Source of the DNA: Sulfurospirillum sp.
GTDB lineage: Bacteria; Campylobacterota; Campylobacteria; Campylobacterales; Sulfurospirillaceae
NCBI GenBank assembly: GCA_045047115.1
Contig: JASFYR010000012.1
Coordinates: 1 to 64,000 of the forward strand
Reading direction: 5' to 3'
Length of the DNA: 64,000 nucleotides
The position numbers and the translations under genes are program-made. This document shows positions 9,824 to 18,867 of the stretch, piece after piece. The number at the start of each line of letters is the position of its first letter. The first letter of the stretch is position 1. The notes below the pieces were generated by a model that had not been told where the DNA came from, did not search any database, and saw only the letters and a list, made by a program, of their open reading frames with translations.

Positions 9824-10932
9824 GTACATTTTCCAAAACATCCTCTTTTTATTTTTTTTATTTTTTTTTAGTAGCAATTTATATAGTATTTTTACCTAAA
9901 ATTTTGCAAAATCTGGGCTACAGTACTTTTCAGATAGGCATAATCTTTTCACTCGGACCTCTTATGAGGTTTTTTATACCATTCTTCTTTTTAAAAAGAT
10001 TTAATCTAAATAAAAAGGTTTTTCGAACAGCCTTGATATTTGCACTCATATCTTCTGTGCTTTTTTATTTTACAATTTCAAATTTTTATCTTTTTATAGT
10101 TCCAAACATACTACTGGGTATCTCTTTTGGAATTATGCTTCCATACATAGACACCTATGCCCTTGGCCTACTGAAAAAAGAGAGGTATGGGCGCACAAGA
10201 CTCTTCGGCTCTCTTGGCTTTATGATTTCAAGTCTTGTTTTAGCAAGAGTTTTAAGCAGTTATAGTGTGGGCTTGAACTATATCTTACTCTCTATGTTGT
10301 TGGTTGTTCTCTTTGGATTCTTGATTACACTACAAAGAGACAATACAAAAACATTTCAAAAAACTCTTAGCGAAAAGTTTGTCTTTAAAAAGACCCTGTA
10401 TCTTTGGGTAAGCCTCTTTTTTATGCAGATGAGTTTTGGTATATTTTATAATTTTTTTACCATATACGAGACGAATCATGGTATATCTTTGAAGAGTGTC
10501 AGCTATCTTTGGACATTTTCTATCATTTGTGAAATTACACTTTTTTATTTTCAATCATACTTTTTTAAGAGATTTGAGCTTTTAACACTTATAAAAACAG
10601 CTGTCTTTATAACTATAATCAGATGGCTGCTGTTATATCTTTTTCCTGCTTCTTTGGCTGTTTCTTATATATCCCAATCCTTGCATGCTTTTGGATTTGC
10701 ATTGCATCATACAGCCTCTATAAGCTTTTTATATCTTGTATATGAGAACAAAAAACTCTCAAATCAGTTTTACTATGGTATCTCTTTTGGTTTGGGTGGA
10801 TTTCTAGGCTCAATATTTGCAGGGTATTTATATGGGATAAATCTCTTTTTATATGCTGCTCTTATAGCTTCCCTCTCTTTTATTTTTCTATTTTTTCAAA
10901 AGAATTCTACGGCGCTAAAACAAAATTTCTAA
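9820..10932 (+). CDS. MFS transporter (HcaT/maltose-permease-like)
   Basis: About 12 TM segments; YGRTRLFGSLGF; QSLHAFGF. Confidence 0.8.
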   Translation: MSTFSKTSSFYFFYFFLVAIYIVFLPKILQNLGYSTFQIGIIFSLGPLMRFFIPFFFLKRFNLNKKVFRTALIFALISSVLFYFTISNFYLFIVPNILLGISFGIMLPYIDTYALGLLKKERYGRTRLFGSLGFMISSLVLARVLSSYSVGLNYILLSMLLVVLFGFLITLQRDNTKTFQKTLSEKFVFKKTLYLWVSLFFMQMSFGIFYNFFTIYETNHGISLKSVSYLWTFSIICEITLFYFQSYFFKRFELLTLIKTAVFITIIRWLLLYLFPASLAVSYISQSLHAFGFALHHTASISFLYLVYENKKLSNQFYYGISFGLGGFLGSIFAGYLYGINLFLYAALIASLSFIFLFFQKNSTALKQNF

Positions 10933-11374
10933 AATATACATCCAAAACATCATATCCAAATGTATTGTAGATTACCTTTTTTAAATTGTCTTTATACTCT
11001 TTCTTGCCTTTTTCTGTGATTAGTTTATCGCTGTTTTGGGTAGAAGTGTATCTCAAAATCAAATCTCTTACATCTTGAATATTTTTTTCCAGTGCTTTTT
11101 TATCATCTGTGTTTTTCATCTTCAATGACATATCGGCTTTCATATAATGGAATTTCCCTCCACCAAGAGTGATAACTATACCATCAAGTGGGACTTCTGT
11201 CTTGTCCGTACCTTGTGTGGATTTATTTGTTCGTCCTGCAACATGCCTGGAAAATTTTTGAAAGTTATCTCTTGTCTGTCCGTCTCCATGCATAAATATA
11301 CCTACTATAAAATAAACAAGCGCCACCAAAACAATTACAATTAGAGAAATTTTTAAAATTTTCATCCCATTCAT
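10907..11374 (-). CDS. fliL: flagellar basal body-associated FliL family protein
   Basis: N-terminal TM; VRDLILR...L.T..GK; C-terminal DVYFRNFVL. Confidence 0.75.
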   Translation of the reverse strand: MNGMKILKISLIVIVLVALVYFIVGIFMHGDGQTRDNFQKFSRHVAGRTNKSTQGTDKTEVPLDGIVITLGGGKFHYMKADMSLKMKNTDDKKALEKNIQDVRDLILRYTSTQNSDKLITEKGKKEYKDNLKKVIYNTFGYDVLDVYFRNFVLAP

Positions 11375-11813
11375 CTTAAATCCTCTTAAATTAGTTTTTA
11401 CAAAAGTCATTATACCAATTTTTATACAATAGAGCCAATTTCAACTCATGAGTGTTTTAAGATTATATCTCCATCCATATGATACTTTAAGTGTTATGCT
11501 ACAATGAAGTCTCGTGTTATTTAAAAGCCGTACACACTCTTTGCAATAACAGCTGTTGCTATCTCTTCTCCATCTTTTAGAATATTTGTAAAAATCTTTA
11601 TCCAATTTTAGATAGATTTGAAGATATTTTTGGTAAAATTGTCTCTATAGAAAGGCTTTTAAAAATTCAATATAACTTAAATTATGAGTTGTTTGTTGTA
11701 ATCATAAGTAACTCTATGCGCTTTTCATTTTTGTTTCATCTAAAGGATTTATTTGTCAAATTTCTTATAAATATTTTGATACTAAAAGCAGACTATGCTA
11801 TTAAAGGAATAAT

Positions 11814-12281
11814 ATGGTATCTATAAAAATTGATAATTTATTATGTACAAAAAACTTGCCAAATTATAAAGAAATTTATAAAGAGAATATAGGCATTTTT
11901 CGCGAATGTGATTATATGTTTAAAAGATATGGTGTAAACTACTCAGTTGTTTTGATAAAAATGGACGACAGGATAAAAAATTGTACATATGATTATAGAG
12001 GTATCATTAGATTAACAGATAAATATATCAAAATAGACAATCAATTTCATCTTCTAATTTTTACTTTTTCAAATCCAAAAGAGGTTTGTGGTGCTATATT
12101 TGCAATAGAAAAGAAGATACTTTTATATTGCAATTTGTATATTGATACTGTATTTAAAGCAATCATAGTCCACAAAAATAACAGCATATCATCTTTGGAT
12201 ATATTAATGAATATTTTTCATAAAATTGATGAAATTGATGAAACTGATGAAACAATCATAGAAATTGAAGAAGTCAATTAA
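11814..12281 (+). CDS. hypothetical protein, degenerate GGDEF-like fold
   Basis: AAGGA RBS; RYGVNYSVVLIKMD and IIRLTD resemble the GGDEF scaffold, but there is no GGDEF motif. Confidence 0.55.
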   Translation: MVSIKIDNLLCTKNLPNYKEIYKENIGIFRECDYMFKRYGVNYSVVLIKMDDRIKNCTYDYRGIIRLTDKYIKIDNQFHLLIFTFSNPKEVCGAIFAIEKKILLYCNLYIDTVFKAIIVHKNNSISSLDILMNIFHKIDEIDETDETIIEIEEVN

Positions 12282-12419
12282 AAAAAACAGAACCTATAGA
12301 GACAGCTTGCTTTGTGGACTCAATAGCCAATATAATTAAAATAGTCTTAATTTAATTAAGACTATTTTTATCTTATTTAGATACAATACTATTATCAAAA
12401 ATTATATTAAAGGTAAAAA

Positions 12420-12920
12420 ATGTCACAAACTCATTTAAAAGGCAACCCTGTTAGTCTTGGCGGAAACGAAGTAAATATTGGGGATAAAGCTCCAAAAGTT
12501 ATTGTAGTTGGAAAAGATTTAAGTGAAATCGAAATAGGTGGGGCAACGGGTAAAAAGCAAATCATAGTAGTAGTTCCCTCTCTTGACACCCCTGTATGTG
12601 CAGCAGAAACCAGAAAATTTAACGAAGAAGCAGCAAAGGTTGACAATGCAAGCATAACCGTAGTATCCATGGATCTTCCATTTGCAATGGGTAGATTTTG
12701 TACAACTGAAGGTATTGAGAACCTAAGCGTAGGAAGCGACTTTAGAAACAAAGACTTCGCAAATGCTTATGGTGTTTTGGTAGCTGATGGTCCATTGGCC
12801 GGCGTTACATGCAGAGCTATTTTTGTTATAAACGAAGATGGCAAAGTAACATACAAAGAAATTGTTCCTGAAATTACAGCTGAACCAGACTATGAGTCAG
12901 CACTTAATGCTATAAAATAA
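12420..12920 (+). CDS. tpx: thiol peroxidase
   Basis: PSLDTPVC; SMDLPFAMGRFC; EPDY. Confidence 0.96.
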   Translation: MSQTHLKGNPVSLGGNEVNIGDKAPKVIVVGKDLSEIEIGGATGKKQIIVVVPSLDTPVCAAETRKFNEEAAKVDNASITVVSMDLPFAMGRFCTTEGIENLSVGSDFRNKDFANAYGVLVADGPLAGVTCRAIFVINEDGKVTYKEIVPEITAEPDYESALNAIK

Positions 12921-12926
12921 ATATAA

Positions 12927-12958
12927 ATCTTCTGGGGATGTAAAATCCCCGGAAGATT
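12927..12958. terminator. bidirectional terminator between tpx and typA
   Basis: AATCTTCTGGGGAT...ATCCCCGGAAGATT hairpin. Confidence 0.75.
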
Positions 12959-14756
12959 ACCTTGACGCTCTCTTTCTTTTAGTGGCGTCTAAAATTCTTT
13001 TTCTTATTCTTATGCTTGTTGGTGTTACTTCTACTAGTTCGTCGTTCTCTATCCACTCTAGAGCGAGCTCTAAGCCCATCTCTCTTGGTGGAACCAGTTT
13101 TATGGCTTCATCTGCTCCACTACTTCTTACATTTGTCAGGTTTTTACCTTTTATAGGATTTACATCCAAATCATTTGGACGGGCATGTTCACCGATAATC
13201 ATTCCCTTGTAAACTTTTGTTTGAGGTCCTATAAAGAGTGCTCCTCTGTCTTGAAGATTGAAGAGCGAATATCCAAGTGCAACACCATCTTCCATAGAGA
13301 TTAATGCTCCATTTTTACGATGCTCAACCGCACCGCTTAAGCTTCTAAACTCTAAAAATGAGTGGTTCATAACACCCTCGCCTTTTGTATCAGTCAAAAA
13401 CTGTCCACGAAAACCGATAAGTCCACGAGCCGGGATCTCAAACTCTATCCTTGTCTGTCCGTCACCTGTCGGATTCATCGCTATCATCTCTGCTTTCTTT
13501 CTTCCAAGTTTTTCTATAACCACACCTGTAAAATCATCAGGAACATCTACGACTAAATGTTCATAAGGCTCCATTTTTACACCATTTTCCTCTTTGGTTA
13601 TAACTTCAGGACGACCCAGTGAAAACTCAAATCCCTCTCTTCTCATATTTTCTGCGAGGATTGTTATCTGAAGCTCACCACGACCGGAAACTTTGAACTT
13701 TCCCTCGCCCGCATTTTCATATTTCATAGCTATATTTGTTTTCATCTCCGCCTCAAGTCTCTCATCAAGCTTGTTTAAAGTGACATATTTACCCTCTAAT
13801 CCTGCAAAGGGCGAGTCATTTACTGCAAATACAACTGAAAGTGTAGGCTCCTCTATATGGAGCGGATCAAGCGGCATTGGATTACTTGGATCTACCACGC
13901 TGTCACCAACATCCAATGCTTCAAAACCTGCAATTGCAACTATGTCACCGCTGCTTGCTTCGTCTATATCTATCCTCTCAAGCCCTTGAAAACCTATGAG
14001 TTTAGAGATTCTACCCTTTAGTGTCTCTCCGTTTGCTTTGGCTACCATTACATTTTGATTTTTCTTGATGATACCGTTAAAAATTCTGGCGATTCCAATT
14101 TTTCCTACATAATTATCATAATCGAGAGTAAAAACCTGAAGTTGAAGTGCATTGTCTGCCGAACCTGTAGGGAGCGGAACAGATTCTAAAATAGTCTCAA
14201 AAAGAGGCTCAAGGTTATTGTTATCATCTTCCATATTATACTTTGCATAACCCTCTTTTGCGGCAGCATAAATCACAGGAAATTCCAACTGTTCATCATT
14301 CGCATCAAGTGCCACCAAAAGATCAAACACCTCATCGACAACTCTCTCAGGATCAGCGGCCGGTTTGTCTATTTTATTTATAACAACAATTGGCTTAAGT
14401 CCCAAAGAGAGAGCTTTTTTCAAAACAAATTTTGTTTGAGGCATTACACCCTCTTGGGCATCTACCAAAAGTAAAACACCATCCACCATCTTCAAGACTC
14501 GCTCAACCTCACCACCAAAATCGGCATGGCCCGGGGTATCTATGATATTTATCTTTGAATTTTTATAGTGAATCGCAGTATTTTTTGAAAGAATCGTAAT
14601 TCCTCTCTCTTTTTCAAGATCGTTGCTATCCATAACTCTTTCATCTACTTTTTGGTGCTCTGTAAATGTACCTGATTGTTTCAATAATTCATCTACCAAT
14701 GTAGTTTTTCCGTGATCAACATGTGCAATCACAGCAATATTTCTAAACTCTTGCAA
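12957..14756 (-). CDS. typA: translational GTPase TypA/BipA
   Basis: [32 protein letters not shown] start with AGGAG RBS. Confidence 0.97.
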   Translation of the reverse strand: MQEFRNIAVIAHVDHGKTTLVDELLKQSGTFTEHQKVDERVMDSNDLEKERGITILSKNTAIHYKNSKINIIDTPGHADFGGEVERVLKMVDGVLLLVDAQEGVMPQTKFVLKKALSLGLKPIVVINKIDKPAADPERVVDEVFDLLVALDANDEQLEFPVIYAAAKEGYAKYNMEDDNNNLEPLFETILESVPLPTGSADNALQLQVFTLDYDNYVGKIGIARIFNGIIKKNQNVMVAKANGETLKGRISKLIGFQGLERIDIDEASSGDIVAIAGFEALDVGDSVVDPSNPMPLDPLHIEEPTLSVVFAVNDSPFAGLEGKYVTLNKLDERLEAEMKTNIAMKYENAGEGKFKVSGRGELQITILAENMRREGFEFSLGRPEVITKEENGVKMEPYEHLVVDVPDDFTGVVIEKLGRKKAEMIAMNPTGDGQTRIEFEIPARGLIGFRGQFLTDTKGEGVMNHSFLEFRSLSGAVEHRKNGALISMEDGVALGYSLFNLQDRGALFIGPQTKVYKGMIIGEHARPNDLDVNPIKGKNLTNVRSSGADEAIKLVPPREMGLELALEWIENDELVEVTPTSIRIRKRILDATKRKRASR

Positions 14757-14870
14757 AAACTTCTCCTGATTTATCGCTTTTAAATATGTAAAATTAAATA
14801 GTGATTTTATATAAGGGTTGCATTATACCCAAAAATTTCTTTAAAGAGATAAAATTCTTTAAAGAAATTT

Positions 14871-14888
14871 TTGGAATGGTTATTGCTT
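14871..14888 (+). promoter_or_regulatory. sigma-54 (-24/-12) promoter of fliK-flgD-flgE
   Basis: TTGGAATGGTTATTGCTT = GG-N10-GC, 35 nt upstream of fliK. Confidence 0.85.
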
Positions 14889-14921
14889 TAAAATAATATG
14901 ATAAATTTATAAGGCAGAAGT

Positions 14922-16610
14922 ATGAACAGTTTGATGACACTAATTAATACAAATCAAAAAGTTACAACTCCGACAAAAGAGATAGCTTCAAATATAAAAG
15001 ATGGGGGGGATAACTTCATATCCATACTTTTCAGTCAAATAGAACATGGTACAAAAAAACCATCTAAACTAAATATTCAAACTGCCCTCATAGACAATAC
15101 GCTTGACAAACAACCAAAAAAAGACAATCAACCCAAAACACCAAATGAAATTTTATTAGGTGATATTTTAAGTATAATAGATCAATTAAAAAATCCTGAT
15201 TCAAAATTTCACTTCCCAAAATTTACAGACAAGATGGATAAAATTTTACAAAATGTTGACATAAAAAATGATTTCAAAAATGTTAAAAGTATTGATGATA
15301 TAATCAAGCTATCTAAAAAATACAATCTTGGACTTGATAATATAAAATTTACAAAAGAGAGTATAGATGATCTAAAAAAAGATTTTCCAAAACTGAATTT
15401 TCAAAAATTTTTCCAAAGCAAGATTGACAATACCCAAAAGACCGGCAAACAGACACAAACTCTTACCAAATCAAACAAGGGTGCTGTCATCACTCAATTA
15501 TTAAATAATCAAACAAATAAAGAGTCTGTTGATCTACCCAAGAATATACTTCAAACTCTTTTAAACAAAACAGATAACGAAACAGGTAAAGTCATAATAA
15601 AAAGCAATGAAGAAGATAAAAAACTAAAAGTTGAAAATTACCTAAAAGATGATAAAAAATCAATCAAAAAAGATAATGAAATTACTGTACAAGAAAAAAC
15701 AACGGTGAAAAAAAGTGCTGAAAATGTAGTACAAAATGCCCCAGATAAAAACCTTATATCCAAGAAAAAAAATGAAGCTGCACCAAATAAACAAAACAGT
15801 ATCTATACAACAGGTAAAGAGATTTTGACAAAAGCTCCTTTAGAATCCATTTTAAGAGACAACAAAATAAAGAGTAATTCTTCTGTTAAGAAAAAAATTG
15901 ATTCAAAAGATAATATTTCACAAAAAACCAGCGAAGATACAAAACAACATAAAACAACAAAAAACACTGTAACCAATGAAGTAAGAACACAAGAAGCACA
16001 GATAGACAAAAATACTCAAGATATAATTTTACAGAAGATCAAACCTCACAAACAGACCAAAACACAAACTATAGTTGAGACACAAAACAAGGCTGTAAAT
16101 AATGATTTGGAAAACAACTCTACTTCTGAGAATAAAGAAAAGTACAGTGAACCTATAAATCACAAACAAGAGTTTAAAACTTCCTTTCAAAGTGAAAACA
16201 TTAAAACGCCAAAACATATAGAAAACAAAAGCAGCTTAAACCATTTTGCAAATGATTTAAAAGAGAAGATGGAGCAGTATAAACCACCTGTTATGAAAAT
16301 CCAAATGGCATTAACTCCCAAAAATCTAGGAGAAGTGGAAGTTACACTTATACACAGAGGAAACAACCTACATGTAAATATTGTTTCAAACACAAACACA
16401 ATGTCACTATTTACTCAAAACCAGGCAGAATTTAAAAATTCACTGGTAAATATGGGATTTACAAACTTGGAGATGAATTTTTCAGACCAGGGGAAAAACA
16501 GTGGACAAAATCAACAAAACAGTAGAAAAAACAGAGACTCTTTTGAAGAATTACAAAACCCTGATAATTACGAAAACTCTTTAGAGCTTGTAATTCCAAG
16601 GTATATTTAA
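14922..16610 (+). CDS. fliK: flagellar hook-length control protein
   Basis: Long low-complexity region; C-terminal LTPKNLGEVEV T3S4 domain; upstream of flgD. Confidence 0.9.
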   Translation: MNSLMTLINTNQKVTTPTKEIASNIKDGGDNFISILFSQIEHGTKKPSKLNIQTALIDNTLDKQPKKDNQPKTPNEILLGDILSIIDQLKNPDSKFHFPKFTDKMDKILQNVDIKNDFKNVKSIDDIIKLSKKYNLGLDNIKFTKESIDDLKKDFPKLNFQKFFQSKIDNTQKTGKQTQTLTKSNKGAVITQLLNNQTNKESVDLPKNILQTLLNKTDNETGKVIIKSNEEDKKLKVENYLKDDKKSIKKDNEITVQEKTTVKKSAENVVQNAPDKNLISKKKNEAAPNKQNSIYTTGKEILTKAPLESILRDNKIKSNSSVKKKIDSKDNISQKTSEDTKQHKTTKNTVTNEVRTQEAQIDKNTQDIILQKIKPHKQTKTQTIVETQNKAVNNDLENNSTSENKEKYSEPINHKQEFKTSFQSENIKTPKHIENKSSLNHFANDLKEKMEQYKPPVMKIQMALTPKNLGEVEVTLIHRGNNLHVNIVSNTNTMSLFTQNQAEFKNSLVNMGFTNLEMNFSDQGKNSGQNQQNSRKNRDSFEELQNPDNYENSLELVIPRYI

Positions 16611-16621
16611 AAGGATAAATT

Positions 16622-17281
16622 ATGTCAACAACTATTACCAACTCACTAAGCGCAACCAGCAGCGGTGTTGTACAAAATCCAAATGGTGTTTTAGATAAAG
16701 ACTCTTTTATGAAGTTGCTTTTGACTGAACTACAATATCAAGATCCAACCAGTCCTATGGACAGTGGTAAGATTCTTACCCAAACTTCACAACTGGCCAC
16801 ATTGGAATCAGCAGACAATACAAATAAAACCATGAAGGATTTGGTCAGCAAACTAAACAACTCTATGGATATGGGAGCATTGTCTGCCATAGGAAAGATG
16901 GCAAGTCTTGGAACAAATGACATAACACTGCCCCAAACTGGAAACTCAACTTTTGAAATATATTTTTCAAACAAGATTCAAAACGGAACACTTACCATAA
17001 CTGATGCAAAAGGCAACGCAGTGAGAAAAGTGCCACTAGACTCTCAAGCAGGGAAAAGCGGTGTACTCTCTTTCCAGTGGGATGGAATAAATGATGCCGG
17101 TAAAAAAATGGATCAAGGCACATATAAAGCAAGTGTTGAATATACTGATTCCAATGGAAAAAAACTCGTAACCCAGCCTGGAGTTTACCCCGTTGAATCT
17201 GTCAGATATGACAAAGGAAAACCTTTGATGAAACTGGGATCCAACTACATTCCTATGGAAAATATCGCTGAGTTTTATTAG
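16622..17281 (+). CDS. flgD: flagellar hook capping protein
   Basis: LDKDSFMKLLLTELQYQDPTSPMD; WDG. Confidence 0.95.
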   Translation: MSTTITNSLSATSSGVVQNPNGVLDKDSFMKLLLTELQYQDPTSPMDSGKILTQTSQLATLESADNTNKTMKDLVSKLNNSMDMGALSAIGKMASLGTNDITLPQTGNSTFEIYFSNKIQNGTLTITDAKGNAVRKVPLDSQAGKSGVLSFQWDGINDAGKKMDQGTYKASVEYTDSNGKKLVTQPGVYPVESVRYDKGKPLMKLGSNYIPMENIAEFY

Positions 17282-17291
17282 GGAGATATAA

Positions 17292-18725
17292 ATGAATACA
17301 TCATTTTACAATGGTTTAAGCGGGATTAAAACAGATCAGTTTTACTTAGACACAATTGCAGAAAATATAGCAAATGTAAATACAATCGGTTATAAAAAGA
17401 CAAATAGTCCGGAATTTTCCACTGTATTTTCAACAACGCTCTCGGATAACTACTTCAGTACAACGACAAATGATATAGGACTTGGCGTTAGAAAAACAGC
17501 ACCAACATTAAATATGAAACAGGGTAATTTACAAGATGCGGGAAACAGCTTTGATCTAGCCATAGGAGGTGATGGTTGGTTTGGAGTACAAGGTTTTGAC
17601 AATAGTACCTATTATACAAGAGCAGGCGCATTTAATGTAGATGCAAATGGAGATTTGGTTGATCAAAATGGAAATTATCTGTTGGCAACCAGTGGTAACA
17701 ATATATCACCAACAACACTGCCTCAAAGTGTTCAAAAAGATATAGGCAAATATTATAGCACTGGTACTACTCAAACAAATACGGCATATGCAATAACTGA
17801 GATTTCAGACATTCCCTTAGGTGCAACAGATTCACAAACAAAAGTAAACCTGCCTTCTGTTTTGTATTATCCTCCGACTCCCACAACAACAGTATCATAT
17901 CAGGCAAATTTAAATCCTGAGATACTCAAAGATGCAAATGGTAATGAGATTTCAAATGTAGAGCATTTTAGCTCAAGTATCATTTCACCAAGTGGGAAAA
18001 AAGATATACTGGATATGACCTATACAAAAAGAGTTCCTCAACCTGTTGAAGGAACTACTTGGGATGGAAAATTACAAATTTTATCTTTTTATGAAACATA
18101 CGATCCAAATAAAACTTATGATCCAACTCTCTTTAAAGTAAATGATACAACAAAAAATGTTTATAATATCATCGATTCAAAAGATGGTGTTGTAAAGTTT
18201 TCCACCACAGGAGAACTCTTAAGTGCAGATATACCTACTTTATCAAACAGTGGCACACCTTTAAAGGTAAATGTAGGAACACCAAATAGTTTTGACGGAT
18301 TTAAATCCAGTGTAAATTTTGATAAATCCAGAAGTGAACAGCATAATGGATATGAGTATGGCTTGTTGAAAAATTATGGTGTTGATGAGAGAGGAAATGT
18401 AATAGCAGATTTCAGTAACGGAAGAAGTGTACCTGTAGCAAAAATTGCCATTTACCATTTTCAAAATGATCAAGGTTTGGAAAAGGTTGATTCTACTCTA
18501 TTTAAAAAATCAGACAATAGTGGAAAACCAATATTTTTTACCGATGCAAATGGCAATCAGATACTTGGCGCAAAGATACATTCACAAAAACTTGAAAGTA
18601 GTAATGTAGATTTAACGATTGCTTTAAGTGAGTTGATTTTAGCGCAAAAAACATACGGTGCAAGCTCTAAAAGCATCTCAACAAGCGATCAAATGATACA
18701 AAATGCAATAAATATGAAAAAGTAG
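17292..18725 (+). CDS. flgE: flagellar hook protein FlgE-like (short paralogue)
   Basis: AENIANVNTIGYK; DLAIGGDGWF; YTRAGAF; LESSNVDL. Confidence 0.88.
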   Translation: MNTSFYNGLSGIKTDQFYLDTIAENIANVNTIGYKKTNSPEFSTVFSTTLSDNYFSTTTNDIGLGVRKTAPTLNMKQGNLQDAGNSFDLAIGGDGWFGVQGFDNSTYYTRAGAFNVDANGDLVDQNGNYLLATSGNNISPTTLPQSVQKDIGKYYSTGTTQTNTAYAITEISDIPLGATDSQTKVNLPSVLYYPPTPTTTVSYQANLNPEILKDANGNEISNVEHFSSSIISPSGKKDILDMTYTKRVPQPVEGTTWDGKLQILSFYETYDPNKTYDPTLFKVNDTTKNVYNIIDSKDGVVKFSTTGELLSADIPTLSNSGTPLKVNVGTPNSFDGFKSSVNFDKSRSEQHNGYEYGLLKNYGVDERGNVIADFSNGRSVPVAKIAIYHFQNDQGLEKVDSTLFKKSDNSGKPIFFTDANGNQILGAKIHSQKLESSNVDLTIALSELILAQKTYGASSKSISTSDQMIQNAINMKK

Positions 18726-18740
18726 GAACATTTTTTGCTT
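18723..18740 (+). promoter_or_regulatory. sigma-54 promoter of the second flgE
   Basis: TAGGAACATTTTTTGCTT = GG-N10-GC. Confidence 0.85.
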
Positions 18741-18867
18741 TTAATTTATACAATTTAAGATATTAATTCTCGACTTTAGTCGTAGCTTTAGTGCAATGAA
18801 TTTATCAGGAATTTAATTCGGGCTTTGCCCAAATTAAAAAAACCATATTAAGTAAAAAGGATTTAAA

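Noticed and set aside
9846..9870. Poly-T runs at the start of the MFS gene
   Set aside because: They encode a Phe-rich TM helix in an AT-rich genome and the frame is intact; no evidence of phase variation.
11420..11800. Possible sORF or pseudogene in the 400-nt gap after fliL (e.g. a 54-codon minus-strand frame with CYCKEC)
   Set aside because: No SD or recognisable family; frames are interrupted by stops.
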